A program made the position numbers and the translations under genes. The notes under the pieces were generated by a model. The model saw only the letters and a list, made by a program, of their open reading frames with translations. It searched no databases and was not told where the DNA came from. Shown here in pieces: positions 39,341 to 49,484 of a stretch of 64,000 nucleotides of DNA; the first letter of the stretch is position 1, and the number at the start of each line of letters is the position of its first letter. Source of the DNA: Bacillota bacterium (GTDB taxonomy: Bacteria; Bacillota; Ch66; Ch109); contig JBMNLH010000001.1 in the NCBI GenBank assembly GCA_050952625.1, positions 736,001-800,000 on the forward strand, written 5' to 3'.

Positions 39341-42300
39341 ATGTTTTTAAAGAGATTAGAAATTCAGGGTTTTAAGACATTTGCTGACCGGTTGGACGTT
39401 GAGCCGGTCGGCCAGATTACCGCTATTGTCGGGCCTAATGGTTGTGGCAAGAGCAATATCGTAGATGGGATTCGTTGGGTCCTGGGCGAACCTAATGCCC
39501 GGACCCTCAGAGGCACCCGAATGGAGGATATTATATTTGCTGGTAGTGATCGAAGAAAGCCGGTGGGTATGGCTGAGGTATCCATAACCCTGGATAATTC
39601 CCTAAAGATACTGCCCATCGACTATAATGAAGTGCGGATAACGCGGCGGGTTTACCGTTCGGGAGAAAGCGAGTTCCTGATCAATCGGGCCCCCTGTCGG
39701 CTGCGCGATATTCAAAACCTGCTCCAAGATACGGGTATCGGTTATGAGTCTTTTTCGATAATTGGTCAGGGAAAGGTAGATGCCATCCTTAGTTCGCGCC
39801 CTGAGGAAAGACGGCGGCTGGTCGAAGAGGTAGCGGGCATTACTCGACACCTGACCCGAAAGCAAGATTCGTTAAGAAAACTTGAGGAGACCAAGAATGC
39901 TTTAATCCGTTTAGAGGACGTTCTGGAGGAATTGGGCGAGCAGTTGGGGCCTCTGGAAGAACAAGCTGTTCGGGCGAAAAGTTACCGTAAGCTGCAGGCG
40001 GAGTTGGCCGCTCTTGAAACTAAGCTCTGGCTGCGCGAATGGTATCAGCTGGAAGGGCGACACCAAAAAAACCGCCTAATCTGGGAAGATATTAAACAAA
40101 AGTGTGAGGATCAGGAACGCGAACTGCAACTGGCAACTGAACAATTAGCCTTACAGCGGTTGGTTTGGCAGGAAGCCCGAGAGGAATTAGAAAAGGAAAC
40201 AGAAGCGTTACACGAGGCACAGCAGGCTGCGGAACGCGCTAAGCTGACCGGTCAGATGTTGCGTCAAAAATATGAGGCCTATCAGGAACAAGAGGCAGAA
40301 GCAAAGCGGCAAACTTTGGAATGCCGGGGTGTGCTGGATAAGTTGCTGGATGAAAGAGTTCAAGCAGAAAAGAGAAGACAGCAACTGCAAACCAGATTAG
40401 CCGAACAGCAAGAGAAACTGGAGCAATTAACCGGTCAGGAAGCTAACCTAAGTAAAAGCTGTTCCACAAAAAGCCAAGAGATTGAGCAGATAAAAAGTGA
40501 TTTAATTGAAAATTTGAAGCTAGCAGCGGAAAAACGCAATGTCATAACTCGGCTAAGAATCCAGGAAGACAATAGAGAACGGCGGGCGGTCCAAATCAGG
40601 CAAGAGAAGCAAGCCCGTTTAACCCGAAGAGAAGAGCTGAGGAAACAGATTTGGGGAATTGAGCAAACAATGGCTGAGCAAGCCAATCGGTTACTTCAAA
40701 TCAAGCAATTAAAGGATGAGCTCCTCAACCGAGATCAATGGTTAAGTCAGAAGCTGATTAAGTGGACTGAGGAAAACAGGCGTCGAGAAGACCGTTCCCG
40801 ATTCATTGAATCTAGATTGCAAGTGCTGCGGGAAATGGAACAAACTTATGAAGGGTATTCCCAGGCGGTACGAGAGATTATGCGGTGTCGTCAAACCGAG
40901 AGCTTTGGGGCTGGGATTCGTGGAGTAGTAGCCGAACTAATTGAGTTTCCAACCCAGTATGAAAAGGCGATCGAAGTAGCCCTAGGTGGAGCGGTCCAAA
41001 ATGTGGTGACTGATACGGAGCGGATTGCCCGAGAGGCAATCCATTTTCTTAAAACCGGTAAACATGGCCGCGTCACCTTTCTCCCGCTTGATACTATTAG
41101 ACCATTGTCGTTGGAGGATAGTCGAGCAATTCAATCCGGCATGGGAATCTTGGGCAGGGCGGTTGACCTGATTAAATATAATCCGATTTATCGGCCGGTG
41201 ATGGAATTTCTGCTTGGTCGGGTTTGGGTAGCCGAAAGTATGGAAGCGGCTGCGAACTGGGCCAGACAGCAAGGGTTTACCAGACGTGTGGTTACCCTGG
41301 ACGGTGAAGTCTTTAACCCCGGGGGTTCATTAACCGGTGGCAGCCTGCCAGATAAAAAAAGACATATTTTCGGACGGCGTCGAGAAATAAAAGAGTTAGA
41401 AGCTGCTTCAATTCGGGAACAGGAGATTTTACAGTTACAGCAAAAAGAAATGGAAGACCTGAAGCAAAAAATTCAGGATTTAAAAAAGAGTAGGGCTGAC
41501 TTAGAACAGGAACAATACCAATTGGAACTGGTGCGAATATCCGGCCAAAAAGATTTAGTCCATCTCAAACAAGAATTGGATAAGTTATTAGAACGTTTAA
41601 CCATAATTGACTACGAAGAAAAAGATTTGACCGAGCAGGGCAGTGGTTTGCATCAGGAAATCCAACTGCTTGAACAGGAATTATCTTCTTTAACCCAGAG
41701 AGAAACGGTAACCCGGGAGGAGCTGGAAATAATTCAGTTGACCTGGGAGGAAGAGCGGCGACAGTTAAAAACTATAGAGAATAATATTTCCAACCTACGA
41801 GAAGCCCGCGCCGCCGGAAAACAACGCTTGTTGGGACTAGAGGATAATCTGAGCCGTCTGGAACGAGAGGAAGACAGACTAAAGCAGAAACTGGCTGCTT
41901 ATCAGCAGCGAATCCAAGAAACAACTGCTCAATTGGGGAAGCTTAGAGATGGGCTAGCCGTGGAAGCCAGTCAGTTAAACGCGGCTGAGGATAGGGCGAA
42001 TATTTACCAAGCCAAGGTAATTTCGATTCGGAATCACTTCCTGGTCCAACAGAATAACGTCCAACACCTTGAACAAAGCTGTCAGCAAAAACGCTTGGAG
42101 TTAAACCAGCTCCTTAATCAAAAACATAGTTTGGAAGTTCAGATAACTAAACTGGAAGCCGAAGGGCAGGGATGGCTTGAGCGATTATGGGAGGTTTACC
42201 AAATATCGCGGGATCAAGCTCAATACTTGATTAATGAAGAAGCGACAAAAATAACTGCCTTTAATTCCAGGGAGGCTAGGCACCGGATAAAAGAACTGCA

Positions 42301-42931
42301 ACAGGAAATTACGGCCTTGGGCGAGGTTAATCTGGGTGCGGTGGAAGAATACGAAAGAGTTAGCCATAGAGAGCATTACTTAAGAACCCAGCAAGCAGAC
42401 CTGCGTAAAGCATGTCACGGATTGGAACAGATTATTGTTGAGTTAGACCGGGTAATGGCCGAACGTTTTCAAACAAGCCTTGATAAAATTAACCAGAACT
42501 TTGATTTGGTTTTTCGGGATATCTTCGGGGGTGGCAAGGCCAGGCTGTATTTGACTAATCAGGATAGTCCACTGGATTCTGGATTAGAGATTATCGCCCA
42601 ACCCCCAGGTAAAAAGCTCCAGCCCCTTTCATTATTATCCGGGGGTGAAAGAGCCCTAACCGCGATCGCTTTGCTCTTTGGCATCCTTCAGGTTAAGCCC
42701 GGCCCCCTGTGCATCCTGGATGAGATCGAGGCCGCCCTTGACGAGGTGAACGTGAAGCGGTTTGCCCAGTTTTTGAGGAGGTTTGCCGAGAAAACCCAGT
42801 TTATTGTGATTTCCCACCGGAAAGGAACTATGGAAGTTGCGGATGCTTTGTATGGATTAACCATGGAGGAGAAAGGCGTTTCCAAACTAATCTCGGTCCG
42901 CTTGGTAAACCCAATCGAGCAGGTGGTTTAG
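39341..42931 (+). CDS. smc: Chromosome segregation protein SMC
   Basis: GPNGCGKSN Walker A, long coiled coils, hinge (GRVTFLPL, GGSLTGG), LSGGE, LDEIEAALD. Confidence 0.97.
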   Translation: MFLKRLEIQGFKTFADRLDVEPVGQITAIVGPNGCGKSNIVDGIRWVLGEPNARTLRGTRMEDIIFAGSDRRKPVGMAEVSITLDNSLKILPIDYNEVRITRRVYRSGESEFLINRAPCRLRDIQNLLQDTGIGYESFSIIGQGKVDAILSSRPEERRRLVEEVAGITRHLTRKQDSLRKLEETKNALIRLEDVLEELGEQLGPLEEQAVRAKSYRKLQAELAALETKLWLREWYQLEGRHQKNRLIWEDIKQKCEDQERELQLATEQLALQRLVWQEAREELEKETEALHEAQQAAERAKLTGQMLRQKYEAYQEQEAEAKRQTLECRGVLDKLLDERVQAEKRRQQLQTRLAEQQEKLEQLTGQEANLSKSCSTKSQEIEQIKSDLIENLKLAAEKRNVITRLRIQEDNRERRAVQIRQEKQARLTRREELRKQIWGIEQTMAEQANRLLQIKQLKDELLNRDQWLSQKLIKWTEENRRREDRSRFIESRLQVLREMEQTYEGYSQAVREIMRCRQTESFGAGIRGVVAELIEFPTQYEKAIEVALGGAVQNVVTDTERIAREAIHFLKTGKHGRVTFLPLDTIRPLSLEDSRAIQSGMGILGRAVDLIKYNPIYRPVMEFLLGRVWVAESMEAAANWARQQGFTRRVVTLDGEVFNPGGSLTGGSLPDKKRHIFGRRREIKELEAASIREQEILQLQQKEMEDLKQKIQDLKKSRADLEQEQYQLELVRISGQKDLVHLKQELDKLLERLTIIDYEEKDLTEQGSGLHQEIQLLEQELSSLTQRETVTREELEIIQLTWEEERRQLKTIENNISNLREARAAGKQRLLGLEDNLSRLEREEDRLKQKLAAYQQRIQETTAQLGKLRDGLAVEASQLNAAEDRANIYQAKVISIRNHFLVQQNNVQHLEQSCQQKRLELNQLLNQKHSLEVQITKLEAEGQGWLERLWEVYQISRDQAQYLINEEATKITAFNSREARHRIKELQQEITALGEVNLGAVEEYERVSHREHYLRTQQADLRKACHGLEQIIVELDRVMAERFQTSLDKINQNFDLVFRDIFGGGKARLYLTNQDSPLDSGLEIIAQPPGKKLQPLSLLSGGERALTAIALLFGILQVKPGPLCILDEIEAALDEVNVKRFAQFLRRFAEKTQFIVISHRKGTMEVADALYGLTMEEKGVSKLISVRLVNPIEQVV

Positions 42932-43124
42932 CCTCACTATCCATTTATCACCCAAAAGGTTGAGCAGCCCAGATAACACACCAAAAGTAGTCGGATACCA
43001 CCAAATCCAGGGCCTAATTTTATGTTAACTAAGAATGAGATAGTAGGCCAAGCTGGGTATCGCATATAGTGTTTTAGAAGATAATATGGATAAAGCTTGG
43101 AGGGGAAAGGATGGATTGGATCTC

Positions 43125-45305
43125 ATGGCTAGAAAGTTAAATATTGCCTTTCTCTGGCACATGCACCAACCTTGTTACAAGGACCTGCATACCAATCGGT
43201 ATCATCTGCCCTGGGTTCGTTTGCACGGAATCAAGGGTTACTATGACATGGGGCGTATTGTTGAGGAAGTGGAGGCAGCCCGAGTTACTTTTAATTTTGT
43301 TCCTTCTCTGCTAGAACAGCTATCGGATTATGCCGATGGCATTGGCACCGATATCTATCTTGAACATACGTTAAAGCACCCAAGTGACTTATCTAGAGAG
43401 GAAAAGATTTTCCTACTTAGCAATTTTTTTCACGCCCATCCGGATCATATGATTCGGCCTTATCCCCGGTATGCGGAATTAGAGGCAATGCGGGGAGACC
43501 CGTATCGGGTGGGGGAACGGGTGGATCAGTGGACCGGCCAAGATTACCTTGATCTCCAAGTCTGGTTTAATCTGACTTGGTTTGGTCAAACGGTTAAAGA
43601 CCGTGATGAGGAGATTCAGGGACTGATTCGCAAAGGAAGAGGCTATTCTGTAGCCGATAAAGAGCGAATTATCGTTAAGCAGCGGGAAGTCCTCAAGGAG
43701 GTGGTACCACTTTACCGTCGGTTAACTGAGAGTGGTCGAATTGAATTAACCACGACTCCTTACTACCATCCAATTCTGCCACTCCTTTGTAATACGGATG
43801 AGGCTCGAAATTCGATGCCCGGGGCTCCTTTGCCCAAAACACGTTTTGCTTATCCTGAGGATGCAGATGCTCAAATCAGAGGTGCCCTCGCCTATCACGA
43901 AGCAATGTTTGGGCGACGTCCCCGGGGGATGTGGCCATCAGAAGGTTCAGTCAGCGATGCGGCCCTTGATTTAATTGCGCGAAACGGGATCGTCTGGACC
44001 GCCTCAGATGAAAACATCCTGATGAATACTTTGCGCCGAAGTGGTCGGGAAATACACGGACGGGATTACCTCTATCGGCCTTATTTGTGGGAATCTGAGG
44101 GAGGGCAACTGGCTGTCTTCTTTAGGGATCACCTTATTTCTGATTTAATTGGTTTTGTCTATCACCGTTGGTTTACGCCAGATGCAATTGGAGATTTTTT
44201 ATATCGTCTATCTAACCTAAGCCGGGAATTACCCCAGGACCGCCCCAATCTGCTTTGTATTATCTTAGATGGCGAGAATGCTTGGGAATACTACTACCGT
44301 CAAGGTTATGACTTTCTGACTGGTATCTATCGCGGCTTGGGTGAGCACCCAGAATTAGAGATGGTTACTTTTTCTGAGTATCTTTGGCGGCATCCGATTG
44401 GGGAAAGAACGACCCGGATTTATCCTGGTTCCTGGATTAATGCGGATTTTGGCACTTGGATCGGCCAGCCGGCCAAAAACCGGGCTTGGGAATACTTGGC
44501 TCGAACCAGACGGGATTTGGAAGAGTATTCTCCTGAGCAACATTCAGATGACAAGGTAGAATTAGCCTGGCAAGAGATGATGATTGCTGAAGGCAGTGAC
44601 TGGTTCTGGTGGCTGGGTGATACTCATTCCAGTGCCCTGGACGCTGAGTTTGATGAACTATTTCGGATCCACCTGAAGAATGTCTATTTGGCTCTTGACC
44701 GCCAACCCCCGGACTACCTTAACCACTCCGTGGCTGGGGCGGAGGACCATCACGGCCAGGAACCGAAGGGGTTGATTCACCCGGTCATTGATGGTTGTAT
44801 CACTCACCTTGATGAATGGAAACTATCGGGATCTTATGTTTTTAATCAGGGGGCCGGAGCGATGCAGCGTTCTAGCTATCTGGTTGAAAGATTGTATTTT
44901 GGATTTGATCCAAATTACTTATATCTGCGGTTAGAGGGAAATGGCTGTTCCTGGTTGCGCGGAGATGAGCCGGGAATGACAGATACCTTCGGGGAGCAGC
45001 CACAGATCCAAATTATTGTATCCCACCAAGATTCTTTTGTGATTCGGGCAGCTGCCGCGGATAATGGAGAAGCTGGGGTTATCACCGACCTAATTCCCGG
45101 GACTGACGGGCAGAGTGTTGAACGTTTACAAGCTGGTTCCTTGAACGGAATTCTGGAAATAGCAGTACCGATGAATAAGATAGGTCTCGAGCAGGGACGG
45201 AAATTTAATTTACAAATCGTAGTTTTAAACGAAAAGGGTGAGCTGGAGCGATGGCCTAGTCATGAACCGCTGCAGATCATTGTACCAGAAATAAATAGTA
45301 TGTAA
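43125..45305 (+). CDS. Glycoside hydrolase family 57 (amylopullulanase-like)
   Basis: WHMHQP, PYYHPILP, WPSEGS, LDGENAWE, AEGSDWFWW. Confidence 0.9.
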   Translation: MARKLNIAFLWHMHQPCYKDLHTNRYHLPWVRLHGIKGYYDMGRIVEEVEAARVTFNFVPSLLEQLSDYADGIGTDIYLEHTLKHPSDLSREEKIFLLSNFFHAHPDHMIRPYPRYAELEAMRGDPYRVGERVDQWTGQDYLDLQVWFNLTWFGQTVKDRDEEIQGLIRKGRGYSVADKERIIVKQREVLKEVVPLYRRLTESGRIELTTTPYYHPILPLLCNTDEARNSMPGAPLPKTRFAYPEDADAQIRGALAYHEAMFGRRPRGMWPSEGSVSDAALDLIARNGIVWTASDENILMNTLRRSGREIHGRDYLYRPYLWESEGGQLAVFFRDHLISDLIGFVYHRWFTPDAIGDFLYRLSNLSRELPQDRPNLLCIILDGENAWEYYYRQGYDFLTGIYRGLGEHPELEMVTFSEYLWRHPIGERTTRIYPGSWINADFGTWIGQPAKNRAWEYLARTRRDLEEYSPEQHSDDKVELAWQEMMIAEGSDWFWWLGDTHSSALDAEFDELFRIHLKNVYLALDRQPPDYLNHSVAGAEDHHGQEPKGLIHPVIDGCITHLDEWKLSGSYVFNQGAGAMQRSSYLVERLYFGFDPNYLYLRLEGNGCSWLRGDEPGMTDTFGEQPQIQIIVSHQDSFVIRAAAADNGEAGVITDLIPGTDGQSVERLQAGSLNGILEIAVPMNKIGLEQGRKFNLQIVVLNEKGELERWPSHEPLQIIVPEINSM

Positions 45306-45349
45306 GAAGATGGGTGGTGTAGTGAATTAAGATGGGAAAAGGACCGGAG

Positions 45350-47521
45350 ATGAAGAAAAGAATAAACCTACTTTTTGGTATTCATTGTCACCAGCCGGCA
45401 GGCAACTTTGATTTTGTCTTCGAACAGGTGTATCAGCAGGCTTACCTGCCTTTCGTGGAAGTTATCGCTAGACATCCTCAAGTAAAGATTACCCTTCACT
45501 ATACCGGTGGCCTGCTGGAGTGGATTACTGACCGTCATCCGGAGTGGTTTGAAATAGTCCGGCCGATGGTTGAGTCAAATCAGGTTGAATTACTGGGTGG
45601 AGGGTTTTATGAACCAATCTTAGCCGTAATCCCGGAAGCTGATCGTCGGAGTCAGGTTACCCTCCTTTCTGACTATTTAATGGACAAGTTTGGCCAAAGG
45701 CCCCGGGGAATGTGGCTAGCCGAACGAGTGTGGGAATCTTCAATTGTCCCGGCTATAGTTCGGTCCGGGATAGAGTATGTGTTGGTGGATGATTTTCATT
45801 TTATCTGTGCTGGCTTAGATCCAACCGAACTTTATGGTTACTATTTAACTGAAGAGGAAGGTTATCGGTTGGGTGTCTTCCCGATTGACGCTAAATTAAG
45901 GTATTTGACCCCTTTTCAATCAGTGGAGAAGTCTTTAGAATACCTGGCTGAGATTGCTGATGAAACCGGCCAGCGTTGTGCGATAGTGGCTGATGATGGT
46001 GAAAAATACGGTAGCTGGCCGGACACTTATGACTGGGTCTATCGCCAGGGTTGGTTAGATCAGTTTTTAACTGCTTTAGAGCAGAATCAAGATTGGATTA
46101 AGACTATGACTTATTCTGAGGTACTGGACACAATTCCGCCTTTAGGCAGAATTTATCTGCCTACCGCCTCCTATTTTGAAATGGGGCAATGGTCTTTGTC
46201 CGCTCCCAAAGCTAGAGCCTTGGGCAATATCCATCGAGAACTGGAAGATAAGGGCCGTCTGGAAGAAATCCGACCCTTTTTACGTGGCGGCATTTGGAAA
46301 AACTTCCTGGTTAAGTACCCGGAGAGCAATTTAATGCATAAAAAGATGCTTTACTTAGCCGACCGGGTTAAACAGTTGCCCGAATCGGAGGAAAAAGAGG
46401 CAGCCCAAAAATTAATTTACAAAGCCCAGACTAACGATGCTTATTGGCATGGGGTTTTTGGCGGTTTATACCTGCCGCACTTAAGACAGGCGATTTACCG
46501 CTACCTGATTATAGCAGAAAGATGCTTAGATGCCGCCAGATTAAGAGAGGATCGCCAATCTGGGATCAGATCCGCCAGCGTAGTTAAGCCAGAGTTTCTA
46601 GATCTGGACAAGGATGGACGCGAAGAAGTCATGGTCGCTACTCCTTTTTACACCTGTGGGGTGACCCCGCACAATGGCGGACAGGTTTATGAGTTCAGTA
46701 TTAAACCCCTGGGCGTAAATCTGTTAAATACTTTACGTCGACACTATGAGCATTATCACGAAAATCAGGTTGAACAAGCCACTGAGCCTCCAGATGGTAA
46801 TGGGGTACAAACCATCCACTCCCGGGAAACGGAGTCTGACCAAGCTTTGCGTAACGAAGTGTACCATGACTGGTATGCCAGAACGGCCTTTATCGATCAT
46901 TTTTTGGGAAAACACGTTGATCTTAAGGAGTTTGCCCGTAGTACCTATCCTGAACAGGGTGATTTCGTCAACCAAACTTATTTGATTCAATCGCCGCCAG
47001 AGCCTGATCAAATTAAAGAAAACGGCCACTCGTGGGAGCTGATTTTACGTCGACTCGGCGGAGTCTGGGAAGGGGATTCTCGTATGCCAATCGAAATAGT
47101 CAAGTCTTTTACCTTCCTGGAGAAAAGCTTGATCGTTAAGTACTCAATTTCTAATGCTTCCGATAAATCAGTTTCGCTTCGCTTCGGGGTAGAGTGCAAC
47201 TTGGCTATGCCTTCGTGTGGGGGGCCGGGGGGTAAATATCGAATTGATGGTCAACCTGGCTCTGAAGAAAGCTTTGCTTCATGGGGTGAGCATGCTGCGG
47301 TTAAACGGTTAGAATTAACCGATGACGTACTCAAAGGAACTGTCAGCCTGGAATGGGATCAACCAGCTACCCTCTGGAAATTCCCGGTTGAAACAGTCTC
47401 GCAGTCCGAAAGCGGTTGGGAGAAAACCTATCAGTCCTCAATGATCATGCCCATCTGGTATTTGGAATTAAATCCCGGCGAGGCCTGGCCGATAAGTTTG
47501 AGCCTGCGGGTTGATTGGTAA
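45350..47521 (+). CDS. GH57 alpha-amylase / 4-alpha-glucanotransferase with C-terminal domain
   Basis: HCHQP.GNF, WLAERVWE, DDGEKYG.WP, NDAYWHGVFGGLY. Confidence 0.9.
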   Translation: MKKRINLLFGIHCHQPAGNFDFVFEQVYQQAYLPFVEVIARHPQVKITLHYTGGLLEWITDRHPEWFEIVRPMVESNQVELLGGGFYEPILAVIPEADRRSQVTLLSDYLMDKFGQRPRGMWLAERVWESSIVPAIVRSGIEYVLVDDFHFICAGLDPTELYGYYLTEEEGYRLGVFPIDAKLRYLTPFQSVEKSLEYLAEIADETGQRCAIVADDGEKYGSWPDTYDWVYRQGWLDQFLTALEQNQDWIKTMTYSEVLDTIPPLGRIYLPTASYFEMGQWSLSAPKARALGNIHRELEDKGRLEEIRPFLRGGIWKNFLVKYPESNLMHKKMLYLADRVKQLPESEEKEAAQKLIYKAQTNDAYWHGVFGGLYLPHLRQAIYRYLIIAERCLDAARLREDRQSGIRSASVVKPEFLDLDKDGREEVMVATPFYTCGVTPHNGGQVYEFSIKPLGVNLLNTLRRHYEHYHENQVEQATEPPDGNGVQTIHSRETESDQALRNEVYHDWYARTAFIDHFLGKHVDLKEFARSTYPEQGDFVNQTYLIQSPPEPDQIKENGHSWELILRRLGGVWEGDSRMPIEIVKSFTFLEKSLIVKYSISNASDKSVSLRFGVECNLAMPSCGGPGGKYRIDGQPGSEESFASWGEHAAVKRLELTDDVLKGTVSLEWDQPATLWKFPVETVSQSESGWEKTYQSSMIMPIWYLELNPGEAWPISLSLRVDW

Positions 47522-47595
47522 ACGGGGCAATTGCACGAACAGCCCCGTTATGGTAAGCTGTATCCAAAAGTGGGTAAAGGAGTTCGGGTTCGGTT

Positions 47596-48600
47596 ATGGG
47601 GCTGTTCAGCAAACTCAAGGATACCATAAAGGAAACGAAAGAAAGCATTAAGGATACGTTAAAGGAGACCAAGGATAGTATCAAGGACACCTTGTCGGCA
47701 GCTCGGTTAAAGGAAGGTCTGACGAGGACCCGCCAGGAGTTAGTGGAAAAGGTTGAACAGATAATTACCTTTCGAAAAACTATCGATGAGGAACTTTATG
47801 AGGAATTGGAAGAGGTGTTGATTCAAGCCGATGTAGGGGTTAATACCACACTCCAACTGATTGAGGGATTGCGCCAAAAAGTGAAAGAACGAAAGATTAC
47901 CGAGCCAAGCCAGTTGAAAGACCTGCTGAAAGAGGAGATCGCTCAGGTTTTTGAGTATGAGCAAGCAGCCCTTAATCTGTCGGCCGGACAACCAGCTGTG
48001 TTTCTGGTAGTGGGAGTCAACGGCGTCGGCAAGACAACGACGATCGGTAAATTAGCTTATCGTTATCGTCAAGAGGGCAAACGGGTAGTCGTCGCAGCGG
48101 CTGATACCTTTCGGGCTGCGGCCATTGACCAGTTAGAGATTTGGGGTGATCGGGCCGGGGTCGAAATAATTAGCCACAAAGAGGGGGCTGATCCAGCGGC
48201 GGTTGTGTTCGATGCTTTACAAGCAGCTCGCTCCCGTCAAGCGGATATTTTGCTTGCCGATACAGCCGGTCGTTTACATACCAAGGTAAATCTAATGGAA
48301 GAGCTGAAAAAGGTACGTCGAGTCGTCGAACGGGAGTATCCGGGTGCTCCGCATGAAGTCCTCTTAGTCCTGGATGCGACAACCGGACAGAATGCTATTC
48401 AGCAGGCAAAAATGTTTACTGAGGCCACCGGGGTGACGGGGATTGTCCTGACAAAATTGGATGGGACCGCTAAAGGTGGGATTGTCATCGCGATTGCGGC
48501 TGAACTGCAGATCCCTGTCAAACTGATTGGGATCGGTGAACAAATGGATGATCTGCGTGATTTCTCAGCTCAAGAATTTATTGAGGCTTTATTTGATTAA
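47596..48600 (+). CDS. ftsY: Signal recognition particle receptor FtsY
   Basis: [31 protein letters not shown]. Confidence 0.97.
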   Translation: MGLFSKLKDTIKETKESIKDTLKETKDSIKDTLSAARLKEGLTRTRQELVEKVEQIITFRKTIDEELYEELEEVLIQADVGVNTTLQLIEGLRQKVKERKITEPSQLKDLLKEEIAQVFEYEQAALNLSAGQPAVFLVVGVNGVGKTTTIGKLAYRYRQEGKRVVVAAADTFRAAAIDQLEIWGDRAGVEIISHKEGADPAAVVFDALQAARSRQADILLADTAGRLHTKVNLMEELKKVRRVVEREYPGAPHEVLLVLDATTGQNAIQQAKMFTEATGVTGIVLTKLDGTAKGGIVIAIAAELQIPVKLIGIGEQMDDLRDFSAQEFIEALFD

Positions 48601-48637
48601 TTGTAACTTTAACACGGCAAATGAAAGGAAGGATATA

Positions 48638-49444
48638 ATGAGCGCAAGAATCGCGATCATTGGGGGAACCGGGGTCTATGATCCAGCAATTCTGACAGAT
48701 ATTAGGGATGAAATAGTGAAGACGCCTTTTGGCGAGGTTCGGGTGAAACTGGGAAACTACGCTGGCCGGGAAGTTGTTTTTGTTCCTAGACATGGGGAGA
48801 AACATTCGGTTCCCCCTCACCGCATTAACTATCGAGCAAATATTTGGAGCTTAAGAGAACTGGGGGTAGAACGAGCAATTGCCACAGCTGCGGTTGGCTC
48901 ATTAAATACTGACATGAAGCCCACAGATCTGGTCATGGTTGACCAGTTTCTTGATTTTACCAGGGGCAGAGAACAATCGTTTTACGAAGGCGGGGAGGAT
49001 GGCGTCTTTCATGTTGATGTTACCAACCCATACTGTCGTGAGCTAAGGCAAACTCTATTTCGCAGTGCCAAAGATTTATCATTACGGGTCCATTTTAACG
49101 GAACTTATGTCTGTACCGAGGGACCCCGTTTTGAAACTGCGGCCGAGATTCGGATGTACCGTCAATTGGACGGAGATGTGGTCGGCATGACCAGTGTCCC
49201 TGAGGTAGTTTTGGCTCGGGAGTTGGGGATTTGTTACGCGACTATTGGCATGGTTACGAACTATGCCGCGGGCATATCACCTAATCCGCTGACCCACAGT
49301 GAGGTTGTGGAAGTAATGGCCAAGAACGTAGCCAACTTGCGGGATCTAATTATGAAATCGTTAAAAAACATGTCGTCGCAGCGCTGCTCAGATTGCGCAG
49401 CGGTTATCAAAGAGGCTCCGATACGGGTGGGTCGTAGAGATTAG
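48638..49444 (+). CDS. mtnP: Methylthioadenosine/methylthioinosine phosphorylase
   Basis: IIGGTG, RHG..H..PPH.INYRAN, EGPRFETAAE, VGMT, VTNYAAG. Confidence 0.92.
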   Translation: MSARIAIIGGTGVYDPAILTDIRDEIVKTPFGEVRVKLGNYAGREVVFVPRHGEKHSVPPHRINYRANIWSLRELGVERAIATAAVGSLNTDMKPTDLVMVDQFLDFTRGREQSFYEGGEDGVFHVDVTNPYCRELRQTLFRSAKDLSLRVHFNGTYVCTEGPRFETAAEIRMYRQLDGDVVGMTSVPEVVLARELGICYATIGMVTNYAAGISPNPLTHSEVVEVMAKNVANLRDLIMKSLKNMSSQRCSDCAAVIKEAPIRVGRRD

Positions 49445-49484
49445 ACCCGTGATGTCATTGCGGTGAAGGAGAGACGGAAGGATA

